From NCBI GenBank assembly GCA_964188305.1, contig OZ076893.1: a stretch of DNA of 64,000 nt. The stretch is one strand, 5' to 3'. Origin of the DNA: Podarcis bocagei (taxonomy: Eukaryota). Made by a program: the position numbers and the translations under genes. The number at the start of each line of letters is the position of its first letter. Within the stretch, counting starts at the first letter, position 1. Shown here piece by piece: positions 35,832 to 50,237 of this stretch. The notes under the pieces are model-generated. The model was not told where the DNA came from, did not search any database, and saw only the letters and a program-made list of their open reading frames with translations.

Positions 35832-38800
35832 AAATCTAGTCCAATTCATCTATTTTATTAGGTTAACACTGGAAGGTATTCCATGATTGCTAAACAAATT
35901 ATTTACCAAAAGAAAAGCTGGATATCACAGACAAGGCTGTATATGGCAAGAAGTCACTCTTAATCTGTTGTCCTCAGTTGCCCAAAGGTTTCGTGTTAGT
36001 CTGTCAAATTTGAAAAAGATTCACATCATTCACAGGGACAGTTTGAAGTCATAAAATGCAGTAGCCACAAAATGAGAATGGTGCCCTGACTGGGGAAATG
36101 TCATTTTATTCTTCACTTGACCATCTTGCTGATCTCATAGATGAAAAATGTACACAGCCTTTTGTCTGATGGAAATATGACTCACTGAAACCAAAAATAA
36201 CATCAGTGGAAATCACTTATATTTTCTAAGGGAAAGAATTTGTAAGATGTCCAACCAATGGACAGAAAGCCAGTTGCTGGCAACCATCTGTCTCAAGAGT
36301 CAATGGAAGAGTGTGCCATCAGGGATGAAGTCAAAGCATTGGAGAGTTACAGCGCCTGCTGTGGAAGAAGAGACAACATAGGAGAGACATGTTTTATTAC
36401 AGGTAGGGCAGATGAAGGCATCTGGTTTCACTTTACATACGTACCATGGCGTTTCTTCTCTCTGCATTCCTGCTAGCAGTCATTTTTCCTCTGGTCACTG
36501 CGGTGGATAAATGGCAGGGTTAATGCTGCCAGCCTTTGTCACATTTATATACATCTTTGTAATGCAGAGTTGGTCTGCCAATGGGCCTGGTGCCTGAAGC
36601 CAGGTCTCCGTAGAGCACATCCATCTTCCATTCTGTGGACTTGACCAAGCTAGTGTAGAGGTCACTGAGAGGTCACTGAGTGAGAACATGCTGGAAATGT
36701 GGGATTGGGAAAGCACATCTTTCTTTGATTGTCTGTCCTGCCATGTGTGAATACAGATACAATTTCACAGGTGGAACTTTCATATCATCTCAAACACAAT
36801 GCTTTTAAATGGAATCAATTCACACATTCAGCTGGTATCAGTTACAAAGTGATCAAGTTCAGAGAAATTGACAGTGCAATCATCTGCATAATATTTACTT
36901 AGAAGTCCACTGTGTTCAACTATTTTCTGACATCAACAAAACAGATATTCCTCCCCTGATGATGGCTCACCAGGAAATATTATAGCAGGTATTAATGCCT
37001 AGATAAACTTTGTCTAGTTGATTTGTAGCTTAGGGATAGAGCACATGATTTGCATGCAAAAGGTCCCTAGTTGAATCTCTTTGCATCTCGTGGTAGGGCT
37101 GGAAAGACCTCTGCCTGAAACCCATTTTTGAACTAGATGTATTGATGGTCTGCCTCTGTATAAGGCAACTTTGTATAGTCTTATGATATGGGTATGATAC
37201 TGTTTCCTTGCTAAATTAAAGCTCATTTTTCAATGCATGTTGAGACTATATAAAAATAGCAACCTATATCTTACTCAAATATGCAACCTCACAGTTAAAA
37301 TCGTGTTATCACAACAGGGGCAGCATAAACACACATTCTCACCCTGGTATGATTAGTTGCATCCATGCAAATTCCTTCTTGCAGGACTTTGCCTCTCACT
37401 TTAATTCTTACTGATGACTTTTCTCCTCATTTTTGTGAACTTTATATAAAGTGGTATTAGACTAGAAGGATAAAAACCCGGGCAAAATTATATAATTCTT
37501 AAAGGTTTGACTGGTGTTGAGAAAGAAGAGAGTTGTAATCTGAAATTCCTTTAATCTGGGTCATATCTAACGAGAGGCACTTAACTAAAGAAGAACCCAA
37601 ATTCAATCTTATTTACTTTCAGAGTGGCAGATGAAGCACAGAGGACCCTGGAGGGAAGACTAGGAAGGCATCTCTACATATTGCTCCTGAGGGTGCCCTT
37701 GTCAGCTTCAGGAAATGCATTAATGGCCTCTGAGAACATTATTCTGCTTGAACGCTCTTGCACTAATTTAAAATTATGTTAAATCAGACCTGAAATGTTC
37801 TTCTAGTTCTTTCCATCTTCTGAGATTTAACATTCAATTGCATGCTTTCTAGATGAACTTGTAAAAATCTCACAATGCTGCTTTTCTATGTATTCAGTGA
37901 CTCTGCCAGGCTGTTTGGGTCAAACAAATATTGTGAGGAAAGGAGAAGGCCTCTCAAAAAAATATTTAATTGGAAGTCAACAATGGGGTTTCTTCTCACA
38001 CTACAGTTGGCTGCAAACAGCAGTTGACTGAACTGCCATTTAAAATGCCATCAGCTGAGAAAAGACAAACACACAATTAGGTTTTCCCTCAAGACAGCAG
38101 TGATTACTATAAAAATATGTGCACAACTTGGACACATTTCAGCTGTGAGAGCAACAGAAAATCTTGTGGCATCTTAAAAGATTAGCAGGTGTATGGCATA
38201 GGTTTTTGTGGACTAGAGTCAACTTGCAGTTTGCTAGTCCTTAAAGCACCACAAGAGACTTCTTTGTTTTTGTTGTAACAGACTAACATGGCTGCCCTCC
38301 TGGAAATTATTTCAGCTGTGAGTCATCCTCACAGCATGGTGACTTGGGTTATTAACACAAATGGGCATAAAACATGACATTCCGTTTCAACCATAAACCC
38401 AAAGGCTTGGCACATTAGTGGAAACAGTGACTGCAACCAATATAATGTGATCCCATGATCTGACACCAATATCCTACATCCCGTTTGTTTCACGGATGGA
38501 AATGTTTTAAACAATACTGTGGAAACTGTACCTTCGGTCTTGTTTTGGCAAAACCTGGCTCCATATTTCTCCTCCTCTGCCTCTTAATATTTAACTAATT
38601 CTAATGTTTATCTGTCTGTTTCCAGAAACTGAAACTAAGCAACTCCCAACCGTGTGTGTGTGTGTGTGTTTTGCGGATAGCATCAGTACGTAACAGTTCA
38701 ACAATATCATTTTTAAATTAAATAAAAGGCATTTTAACAACAGCACAGCAACGGGAACAAAAATCCAAGCAAAGCAGGGAATTATTTTTAAAATCAGATT

Positions 38801-39675
38801 AAAGGAAAAGAAAGATAGGAAGTCAGTTAGATCAGGAGATTTTTCTGAAGAGCCAGATCTTAGCTGAGCACACAGGGGCCTGACAAGTGTCCCTGGGGTG
38901 TCATTCTAATAGAACTGGTGCCACATCCCAAAAGACCTGTATCATCATGGATATCAGGTGCACTACAGTTATCAGGAGACCACAAAACAAGTCCTCTGAT
39001 GTTTTCAAAAAGGAAAATAGTGTATGATGTAATATTTACTTCAACAGCTTTCAGTAGTTTTAAATTTTTGAGACATTCTTTATGTATTTGACCAGATTAC
39101 GTCCTGAAGAAGTGTTAACATCTCATTTGTATATTAGTAATGATTTATTTCATTTTCTAACTTCCTTTTCTTTTATTGTCTTTTGAGATATGGAGTCAAG
39201 CACTGAACTATATATCACTTCAACTTTTCAAAGGTTGCCTCCTTCAATTCATGATTCATGCTGAATATCATACCTGTATTCATTTAATTTATATGCTTGC
39301 TTGTATCTGTTCTTTGGTTTAAAATGAACACATACAATGTTCCACTTTCTTTTGCTGTCTGCCCTATGTCCAGAGACTTCAGAAAAATACATTCAAAGAA
39401 AATAAGGCATAAGAAACTGGGGTTAAGCATCTGCTTCCATCATAAAGCGGTGAGAAATGGTGCACTTCTGCCTCTGGGTGTTGTGGGGGGAGGAATCACA
39501 CAGCAGTGCAATTAAGAATCATCATCATTAAATAATTTATATACTGCTTATATTTAAACAAAACCAAGCTTCTTACAACATAGGTTAAAACAGCTTACAT
39601 AAATACCGAATACAAAAAATACCAGAAAATTTCGACATTCTATAAACTAAGTAGCGCATTAACAACTCAATAGCG

Positions 39676-39927
39676 CATGGGTAGGCAAACTAAGGCCCGG
39701 GGGGTGGAACTGGCCCCATCACCTTCTCTATCCGGCCCGTGGACAGTCCGGGAATCAGCATGTTTTTACATGAGTAGAATGTGTCCTTTTATTTAAAATG
39801 CATCTCTGAGTTATTTGTGGGGCATAGGAATTAATTCATCCCCCCCCCAAAAAAATATAGTTTGGCCCCCCACAAGGTCTGAGGGACAGTGGACCAGCCC
39901 CCTGCTGAAAAAGTTTGTTGACCCCTG
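39676..39927. mobile_element. hAT-family MITE
   Basis: Imperfect TIRs CATGGGTAGGCAAAC / GTTTGTTGACCCCTG; 8-bp TSD CAATAG(C/A)G. Confidence 0.85.
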
Positions 39928-39972
39928 CAATAGAGCATCCTCTTGAGTAGCAAAATAAATATTAAGATTAAG

Positions 39973-40024
<52 letters not shown>

Positions 40025-40608
40025 CACTTGATGGAAATTAAGCTTTAACTTGGCTGAGGAGGGAATAATTCTATGTCAGCTATTGTAGACTGTCTTCAAA
40101 GGATACATTTCACAGAAAACAAACGTACAGGGAACTTTTGATTAGTTTTGTTTTTCTACACTTCATGTCAAAGAAACCCTAGTTTTTCCTCTCACAGCTG
40201 TTACAGCACTACTCTTTTGAAAGAGCTGCAATGTAGCACATAAAGGTCTATGAGGAGGGTTTGGGGCAGAGCTCACCCATCAACCAGTTCCTCCTTCTCA
40301 AGATCAGTTCATACCTAGGGCTGTCAGCATGGCATCCATGGGTGCAGTTGTACCCATGGGGACTTCCCTTAGCACTTGCAAAGCCTCTGAACACTCACAC
40401 AGTACTCAGGTGACAAGGGTAGTTACCTTCTTGCTCCCCCTTGGCAAAGTACATACAGCTGAAAGAGGAAATTGGATGAGAGGTGGTTTTTCCCACTTCA
40501 CTGGAGTGACCAAGAGGACAGGAGGGAAAAGGGGGTTATTTGGGAGGCTGAGAGGAGAAAAATGAAATGCCCTAAGTGGGAAGGGTTGATGGAAAGGAAG
40601 GAACTGCC

Positions 40609-40640
<32 letters not shown>

Positions 40641-42482
40641 GTGGTATCACAAACACACACATCTGGCAAGCAGCAAGTTTGTGATTTTTACTATGCAGTT
40701 TACCAGGCTTTAATCTGATGGTGTTTTCTTGGGGGGAGGAGCTGCAGATTCCCATGGATCCATTTTGATTCTACTGGATTCAACTTTTGCCTAGACTACA
40801 TGAAAAAGGCAAGACTCTCTGTGTTTGTGCTGACTCTCTGCCCGTTTTCCTGTCTGTCTGGGGTCAGGAAGAGAAGCAACCAGAGGTGGTAGAGCCCATG
40901 GCACTCTCAGAATTTCAAATGTGCCCATGAACCCTAAAAGGTTGATGACCCTTGGTATCTAAACAGATTGCCAAAAAAGAAGGGGGATTATTCCGAGTAC
41001 TAGATCTGAATACAAGATTTGGGTCGGGATAGCCTAGATTTTCATTTGTTGTTAGGAATTAGGTGGGGAAGGGTCAGGAAGGACTGGACAGCTGGAAAAG
41101 GACCAATGGTTAATTTTATAACAAAAGCATGTGACCAACAGCTAGAATGTCCATGGTTGGCTACAGACACAAAGTTTACATTGGGTTCCCAGACTGTTAG
41201 AGGGCTAACTTGGGTACTCAAAATCATTTCCACATAATGCACTCCAACTTAGCCAACCATCCTTGAACAGCCACAGCTACCTGCAATGCTTCACAAAACT
41301 GTAACAGCCAAATAACATTCTGCTGCAGTGTGGAAACTGCCAGTGAGAAACTGCGGTGGCAGCCAATATGTATGGGCAGCCTTGGTCATAAATTTCATTC
41401 TCCACATGAATGCATCCCTGCATTGGGTTGAGGTTCCTCCATGTGGGAGAGATTTTGAATGTCCAGAGCAGTTTAGAGTTGCACTGCAAGCCATTTGTGT
41501 CAGGGCTGCCAGTTCTGTGCTCTGACTATACAGCTTATACAGCAGTGGTTGGTGCTTATTATATATTGAAAAGTGATGGGAAGCCATTATTATGCCCATC
41601 TCAGCCTGTGGGGGCTTATAAAGAGGCAGAACATAACAAACAGGACATCCTGCAGTAGCTGAGAGTTAGATACTACTGGCAATATAGCTGAAAAGCATTG
41701 GTTATGGTTTTGTGGTTTCCGAATACTAACAATATGTTAGTCTCACAAACTGTGAGTGCTATCCAACTAAGTCCAACTCAGAGTACGGCCATTGAAAGTA
41801 AAGAACTTAAGTTATTAGCATGGAAATCACCTTGATTATTTAAGTATAACTGCTTTCCAGTTCAAACTTTTACCTGCAGTCATGTAGCACTTATTAGAAA
41901 GTGACTTCTTATATTACATAATGTAGCCATTATAAGGAAGTGGTGACTTTGTTTCTGAAGAACAAAGATGTACAGAGATGTGTGGGAATGAGAAACACAT
42001 ACATTTTCTCACTGGACGCTACACACAAGTAAGCAAATTTACAGAAGGGTATTTGTGTTAATTTATTGCAGTATTTTCTTCCTTGCAATGACAACAGACT
42101 CTTTCCCCATGCCTTATGATGTTTTTAGAGTGCCACTATGATATATCTGAGCTACATGTGTCAAAGTATTTTTTTATACTAGTAGATGTTCAAACAAAGG
42201 TTATATAATTTGGCTCGATAAATTTAAATCCGGATTTACAATATCAGTAGCCAGACATAGCTTTTTCTTTTAGGTTCAATACCTGTTTGAATGCTAGCTA
42301 CTCAGTGTTGGGAAAGAAAGCCTATACATTCATTTTCCAGCTTATTGCTGGAGCAAGCAACATCCATCACCAGGACCGCCCCTTCCTTTAGAGAGAGTGA
42401 AGTAGCTGCTTCAGCACTCTAAGGCAGCAGCAGGCAGCAGTAGTACAGTGTTAGAAGGACAGGGCACACAACCTCAGTGGAC

Positions 42483-43543
42483 TCAGTGGATTTGTAACTG
42501 GCTGACTGACTGAACCCAAAGGGTGCTCATCAATGGTTCCTCTTCATCCTGGAGAAGAGTGACTAGTGGGGTGCCACAGGGTTCTGTCTTGGGCCCGGTC
42601 TTATTCAACATCTTTATCAACGACTTGGATGATGGACTCAAGGGCATCCTGATCAAATTTGCAGATGACACCAAACTGGGAGGGGTGGCTAACACCCCAG
42701 AGGACAGGATCACACTTCAAAATGACCTTGACAGATTAGAGAACTGGGCAAAAACAAACAAGATGAATTTTAACAGGGAGAAATGTAAAGTATTGCACTT
42801 GGGCAAAAAAAAAAAGAGAGGCACAAATACAAGATGGGTGACACCTGGCTTGAGAGCAGTACATGTGAAAAGGATCTAGGAGTCTTGGTTGACCACAAAC
42901 TTGACATGAGCCAACAGTGTGACGCGGCAGCTAACAAAGCCAATGCAATTCTGGGCTGCATCAATAGGAGTATAGCATCTAGATCAAGGGAAGTAATAGT
43001 GCCACTGTATTCTGCTCTGGTCAGACCTCACCTGGAGTACTGTGTCCAGTTCTGGGCACCACAGTTCAAGAAGGACACTGACAAACTGGAACGTGTCCAG
43101 AGGAGGGCAACCAAAATGGTCAAAGGCCTGGAAACGATGCCTTATGAGGAACGGCTAAGGGAGCTGGGCATGTTTAGCCTGGAGAAGAGGAGGTTAAGGG
43201 GTGATATGATAGCCATGTTCAAATATATAAAAGGATGTCACATAGAGGAGGGAGAAAGGTTGTTTTCTGCTGCTCCAGAGAAGCGGACACGGAGCAATGG
43301 ATCCAAACTACAAGAAAGAAGATTCCACCTAAACATTAGGAAGAACTTCCTGACAGTAAGAGCTGTTTGACAGTGGAATTTGCTGCCAAGGAGTGTGGTG
43401 GAGTCTCCTACTTTGGAGGTCTTTAAGCAGAGGCTTGACAACCATATGTCAGGAGTGCTCTGATGGTGTTTCCTGCTTGGCAGGGGGTTGGACTCGATGG
43501 CCCTTGTGGTCTCTTCCAACTCTATGATTCTATGATTCTATGA
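42483..43543 (+). mobile_element. CR1 LINE 3' portion (RT C-terminus), 5'-truncated
   Basis: [19 protein letters not shown] and [13 protein letters not shown] motifs; frameshift in the A-run near 42805; (ATTCTATG)n tail. Confidence 0.96.
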
Positions 43544-43986
43544 ACCTACCTACATTATTCCTTAATGCCTAAGGTGTGGTGGAAGCTATGGTGGGCTTTG
43601 GGCTCTCAAATTTCAGTGGTGCTCTGTGCGAGGCTAAAATTTTGTACTCCTGTCTCTCATGTTCTGTTCTACAGTATTGTTTTGGTGCTCCCTGGAATTG
43701 TGCTACCCTAAAACTGCCTCTTGTGGGAGGACATTGTCCTCTTGCTGGTGTTGAGGTAATACTAAGTCATCAGTCTGTTTCAGTTTCTGCATACAGAAAA
43801 GACAGTTTTGTCCTTTGCTTCAGGCAGCAAATGTCTTTGGCCAAGTCTGATCACCAAGATTCTACCAAACAAAAGTGAGTGGTACTGTCCAATTTCTATG
43901 AAGTGCAAGCATCAAACAACAAATGTTAGAAGGTATTCAGTTGGCTGTTTTGAATAGGCCTGCAACCTATAGCAATCTTGCTGATT

Positions 43987-44303
43987 TAGAAGATCAAATC
44001 TATCCATTCTTAAGGAAATCAGCCCTGAGTGCTCACTGGAAGGACAGATTGTGAAGCTGAGGCTCCAATACTTTGGCCACCTCATGAGAAGAGAAGACTC
44101 CCTGGAAAAGACCCTGATGTTGGGAAAGATTGAGGGCACAAGGAGAAGGGGACGACAGAGGACAGGATGGTTGGACAGTGTTCTCGAAGCTACCAACATG
44201 AGTTTGACCAAACTGCGGGAGGCAGTGGAAGACAGGAGTGCCTGGCGTGCTCTGGTCCATGGGGTCATGAAGAGTCGGACACGACTAAACAACTAAACAA
44301 CAA
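43987..44303 (+). mobile_element. BovB LINE 3' fragment
   Basis: YFGHLMRREDSLEKTLMLGKIEG; CGACTAAACAAC tail. Confidence 0.93.
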
Positions 44304-44641
44304 GGGCAATATAGCTGAACTGTGCCCAGAAGCAAGATTATCCAATTACCTTGCAAACGAACTTACCAAATATAAGCCTGCTGAACCAAAAGAGCTGAGA
44401 AATGAGCCAAGCCATGTGGAGCAAGACAACGGGTGGTATTCAATGCCAGTCCTACTCAGAGTAGGCCCACTGAAATTAATGAACCTAAGTTAGTCATGCT
44501 CATTAACTTCAATGAGTTTACTCTGTGTGGAACTAAAATTGGATTGGGGTTGCCATATTTTCCTTACTGCCTGGCAGAATTTCTGTTTTGCTTCCTGGAT
44601 CCTCCACTTGGATTGCACAAAATAATTCTAACTAATACATA

Positions 44642-44782
44642 NNNNNNNNNNNNNNNNNNNNNNNNNNNNNNNNNNNNNNNNNNNNNNNNNNNNNNNNNNN
44701 NNNNNNNNNNNNNNNNNNNNNNNNNNNNNNNNNNNNNNNNNNNNNNNNNNNNNNNNNNNNNNNNNNNNNNNNNNNNNNNNNN
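44642..44782. other. Assembly gap (N run)
   Basis: Run of N bases. Confidence 1.
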
Positions 44783-45503
44783 GATTAATAGTCTCAGAAG
44801 ATTATGAGTGCGACCTTCTATCCTTGGATAATAATATAAACCTAGACCCTTTGTACTTTTGTAAAGTGACTGAGCAGGAATTCTCAACAGGAGAAACCAG
44901 GCTTTACAAGTAAGATCATACACACACACACACACACATTAGTCAACATAGCTTAATATTCTAGAAAGGAGCCAAAACAGATACCTTCATGTGCACATCA
45001 AATTATGCTTTCCTGATGTCTGCTGCACTGTTCCTAATCTATTTCACAAGTTTGTTCCAGTTTGATGCAGATGTTAATGATATTCTGCAAAGCTATCTTA
45101 TGTATGCTGCATTTGGGTGTTCTTGCTGTTAAGATGTAAGCAGATCAGATAAATCCATAACTTTATAAATCTTATTCACCCTGGTGTTTTATTGCTTTTC
45201 AAGAATTGCAGAGGGAATTTGTTGCAGCTAATTTCATATCTTTTTACTGTTTTACTGTTGCTTGAAGGAGTAGAGCATACTGTTCCTGTTGAATACTTAA
45301 AAAGTAGCTTTTAGATAGGTGATATTTGCTTGTCACTTCTGTTTATTTCCCATAGGCAATCCTCTGAACATGAAGGATCTCCTAAACCAGCCACAAAAGA
45401 AGAAGTTATAGTGCAATCCTATGCATGTCTACCCATAAGTAGTAAGGAAAGTATTTATATGATTGCAGCCTTAATTATTGGTCCTTTCTGCCTGTGCATC
45501 TTC

Positions 45504-45861
45504 GGTAAGGTAAAGGTAAAGGGACCCCTGACCTAATTAGGTCCAGCCGCAGACAACTCTGGGGTTGCTGCGCTCTTCTCACTTTACTGGCCGAGGGAAC
45601 CAGTGTACAGCTTCTGGGTCATGTGGCCAGCATGACTAAGCCGCTTCTGGAAAACCAGAGCAGCACACAGAAACACTGTTTACCTTCCCGCCGGAGCAGT
45701 ACCTATTTATCTACTTGCACTTCGTGCTTTCAAACTGCTAGGTGGGCAGGAACAGGGACCGGGCAACAGGAGCTCACCCCTTCGTGGGGATTCGAACTGC
45801 CGACCTTCTGATCAGCAAGCCCTAGGCTCTGTGGTTTAACCCACAGCGCCACCTGCATCCC
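45504..45861 (-). mobile_element. Sauria SINE (Squam1)
   Basis: Homologous to 31577-31929. Confidence 0.92.
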
Positions 45862-46113
45862 TGTACTTGCTTGTAAATTCTGAAAAAGCCGAGGAACAGA
45901 AAAATCTGGAAATTAAAGGTGGGATATATTATGTGAGAGGCTATGACTATGGAAGCAAGGGAGAAATGTTTTATATCACATGTCCCTCAGGGAACTGAAT
46001 TTGTAAAAATAAAAAATAAATTGCCCTTATCACTGATCTTCCCTTCTTTTGTGATAATAGCTGCTCTAGAAGGGGGCAGTGCAGACTGAGACCTTGGCAG
46101 TAGGAGGAAGGTT

Positions 46114-47098
46114 TTTTTAAAAAAAAATCATATTTATTAGAGTTTCCAATATAACAGAAAAGAAAAGATAGAAAAGAAAGAAATATATTTAAAACCTTAC
46201 TTTCGTTACCTTCTTTCTAGGATTCCCTCTTCCCCCTCCCGACTATATTCGCCTTTCATTAATTTGGTTCCACAAGCTCTCACTCCCAATTTAAAACTTA
46301 ATATGTTTAACCCATTAACCAATTTAAATTATACAATCTTCCCATCACCCCTCATCTTTAACAGAAAAAGAAAAAAGATTTTCCCCCAAGATCTGCCCCA
46401 ATTTCCTTCCACGAATTCCCTTTTTTAAAAACATGTCAAATCAAAATACCATAATATAGAAAAGTTATATAAAGAAATAGAAGATAAAAAATATAAGTAA
46501 ATTCAAAAAGTTGGTTATATAGCCTTTGGATTCCAAAACTCCCCCCCCCTTCCCCGGTTTGAATTCCCCATGTCCATCAGTCTATATGTTGTCAGCCTGG
46601 AGGTCTCAAGTCCATGGCCAAATTTTTCCCCTTCCACCTTGCCGGTTTTCTTTTAATTTGTTTATTTTCATGATGTTTAACTTCCAAAAATCCAGTCTAA
46701 TAGAGGCCTTTAATTTCCTTGGTCTTTGTTGCTCCTCCCATTGTTCTTTCCATGTCGTAGTTAGTCCTTTGTTCTTTTTATTCCTTACTTTCTCAGGTTT
46801 CTTGTCTTGTTCAGCTGCTAAAACGTTCTTATTCCGAGATCTGGTATCTCTACAGAGGTTTGTTATTCAGGAACAAAAACTTACGTCCAGTCCCTTCCTT
46901 TCTTCAATAGAAAATTCTATTGTCTCCTTTTAATGTAAACACCTCTGTAGACAAAATACTATTTCAGTTTTGCAGCTTTCCCAGAAGATAAGTCCTGTGC
47001 CAATCCCAGAGTAATTTTCCACGTACGACCACTTGTAATGTCCCGAAACCCCTCTAGGGGGATTGCAGTAACTTTGTATCCTCTAATCCAAAAGTCAA
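46114..47098 (-). mobile_element. Non-LTR (L1-like) retroposed insertion
   Basis: 18-bp TSD GGCAGTAGGAGGAAGGTT (46096-46113, 47099-47116); AATAAA and an A/T-rich tail at the minus-strand 3' end. Confidence 0.7.
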
Positions 47099-48621
47099 GG
47101 CAGTAGGAGGAAGGTTAATCCTTCTCCTCATCTCTGTTTTCCCAATTAAAATAACCGCTTCAGATTGCTCTTTGCGCCACAGTGCAAAACATACCCATAT
47201 GATGTCGTCATATGGGTACATGTTAATCTTCCTCAGTATCATGACCCCAAAGCGAATCATCTTCTTCCACTTTTTAAATGCAGAAATACTATTCACAAAT
47301 CTTTTGTGCTATACCTAGTTTGGCCCGCAATCTGAAAGGCACCGGTACATTTAACAAAGTTAAGTTTGAGGAAGGAATCTGGAAGACTGTCATAGCCAAG
47401 CTTCCATTTCATAATATTCACAGGATCATCTCCATCCCAAACTTGAACCACCTTTTATTTCAGACAGGGTGATTTAGCAGAGCAGTAAGTTACCAAAAGA
47501 CACTGACTTAACCCAAGTGTGTACTTTTTAATGTGTATAACAGAGAATAGCTTACCTTTTATATATCTTCTTGTTCTAACTTATTCATTGATCAATGAGA
47601 TGTCGTGAAGAACATATGCAAACATTAATTCTGATTAGCTTTTATTGCTCTGCTAGCACACCCTTAACTTTGCAGTTTAATTGGTCTTGTTCTTTAGATT
47701 TGTTTTGCAAACAGCACCAGATTGCAACTGTGCATCACCAAAGCTTTGGCGAGTTTTATGGCTGAGAACTTTTTTCTATTCATGTGAATCCTTTATTCAT
47801 AGATTCCTACTTGAAATTCAATAGATGAAAAATATCATGAAACCAATTAGTCAAAATGTTACAAATAGACACATTAAGATTAATGGATATGTGGAAAACT
47901 CCACTGTATTGATATTTGTGCATTATTATCTGTATCCATTTGTCAACCTTGATTCTAAAGCCAAAAAAATACGATAATTGCATCTTTCCATATTTTCATG
48001 GAAACAGGGAACAGAAAATAATGTCCCCTTTTCTCCTTGCAATGGTGGAACCATCTCAATGAAAGCAATCAAAACAAATGAATATATTTGGGTGAAGTGT
48101 GTATAAAAATGTACCTATTAATAAAAACATGAAATTTCCAATTTACTTATTTATAAAAAATATTGCACTATATAATAAAAATATCAAAGTGGTTTACAGG
48201 CGTAGAGAAGCAAAACGTTAGGAAAAGTTGCAAAAATGTGTCTGTTAGGCAAAAATGCACACCAAAATGTTTATTTCAGCAGAAATTTGTCAAATAATAT
48301 TAATTTTCATGTTGACATTTTTTTAAAATTGGAAATTGGAAACAAGGTGAATAGAACTTAAATTTGGAAAAATGAGAAAGTAAGAGAAAACAAAATTGAC
48401 AGATTTGCTGATCCTTACTTGTAAGTCACATGGAGTCCAATGTTTCTCTATTCGGAGGCTAATTTACTTTGGGGGTCTAGCAGGGGTGAGGAGCCTGTGG
48501 TGCTGTACTGCAACTCCTGACATCATTCCTGAACACTGTCAATGTTGGCTAGGGCTGATGGGAGTTGGGAGTCCAAAAACATTTGGAGGGCCACAATTTG
48601 CCCATTGCTAGTCTGCTGCCT

Positions 48622-48865
48622 ATGTAATATTGCATAGGAACCTGGAATGTAAGAACCATGAACCTTGGTAAATTGGATGTGGTCAAAAATGAGATGGCAA
48701 GAATAAATATTGACATCCTGGGCATCAGTGAACTAAAATGGATGGGAATGGGCGAATTCAGTTCGGATGACCATCATATCTACTACTGTGGGCAAGAATC
48801 CCGTAAACTGGTCTGGTACATGGGATCACGAAGAGTCGGACACGACTAAACGACTAAACAACAAC
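48622..48865 (+). mobile_element. Internally deleted BovB (endonuclease start fused to 3' tail)
   Basis: IGTWNVRTMNLGKLDVVKNEM..DILGISELKW (APE domain) joined to the AGTCGGACACGACTAAAC tail; TSD AGTCTGCTGCCT. Confidence 0.9.
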
Positions 48866-50237
48866 AGTCTGCTGCCTGAACTACTAGACCTTCAGCACAA
48901 GCAAATAACTCCAGAATCTATTTATTCTGCCTTCTGTGATGTATAACTGCAAGAAACCAATATGTTATTTCAGCTTGTAGCCAACTTGCAGTATTGATTT
49001 CTTTTAAATTTTGTTCGCATTCCTCACATAGTCCCTACTGGGCCATGACTGACAACTGGAAGTAGTTTTTAAAAATGTTTATGGCTGTACACAGTGCTTA
49101 TGTCATAATCTCCCTCATTTTTAAAAATTAAATGACAGTCTATTATGCTTTTCAGAACAGTGAATCATACACATTAAAAGAATGAACAATGGTTCCAGAA
49201 AATCACCAAAAGTCTAGTGAGCAGAAGAAGCTTAGCAATGACTGTCCATCTATGTCATGGTCATCCATGGCATAAAACAGGGTTGGCTAACCTGTGACCT
49301 TCTGTATATTGGTGGATTACAACTCTCAGCATTCTTGACCATTGCTGATGGGGGGTGATGGGAGCTGGCAATATCAACAACATTTGGATTGACAGTTTCC
49401 TATCCCTGAAATAAAAGGTCACAGAATGGGCTGCTTAGAATGTTGACAGATGCGGACTGCAATCCTAAGCATGAATATTTTGATTGATCAACCTCACACT
49501 GAAAGGAATGGGGCTTCCCTTTAAATATACTCTTGGTTGTCAGAAAATAATTGGTCTGCACATAGTGTAGCAAAAACATGGGGGCTACACATATATTTAG
49601 TTGCCATCAGTACATGTGGGGAGATGCAGCAAATATAATAAAAAAACAACAACAACCAAAAAACTTTCTTCATAAAGCAGTTACACAAGTTGTTTGTTCC
49701 CCGAAATTATACAAGTTCTTCTGCCTCCCCCCCCTTCCATTTCTTTCCTCCCATTCCCTGCCTTTTTTAATCCAGCATCATGACTGTAATAATCACTATT
49801 AAGACAGTGGAACAAATGTCTTGGGTGTGTGGTTGTGGACTCTCCTTCTGTGGAGGTTTTGAAGCAGAGGTTGGATGGCCATCTGTCATGGATGCTTTAG
49901 TTAAGATTCCTGCATTGCAGGGGGTTGGATTAGATGACCCTCGCAGCCCCTTCCAACTCCATGATTCTATTATTCTATTATCATAACATTCTGTGTGTCA
50001 AGCTGATCTCAGCCAAAGACTAAATTGATAGATTTACCATCTAACTGTCTTCTTTCCAACCACCCTTTGTTCTTTCCTAGAGTAGAACTGAGAGTTATTC
50101 ATATGAAAAAATGGAGAAATCTATGATTTTAACATAGTTGTATACCATCAACACTGGAAGGTCTCGTGCCTTTGTTAGGCTATTTTGGTTTGTTCTTTTG
50201 TTTTATTATACAAACTTCTGCCTTTCTGGAGAGTCAG

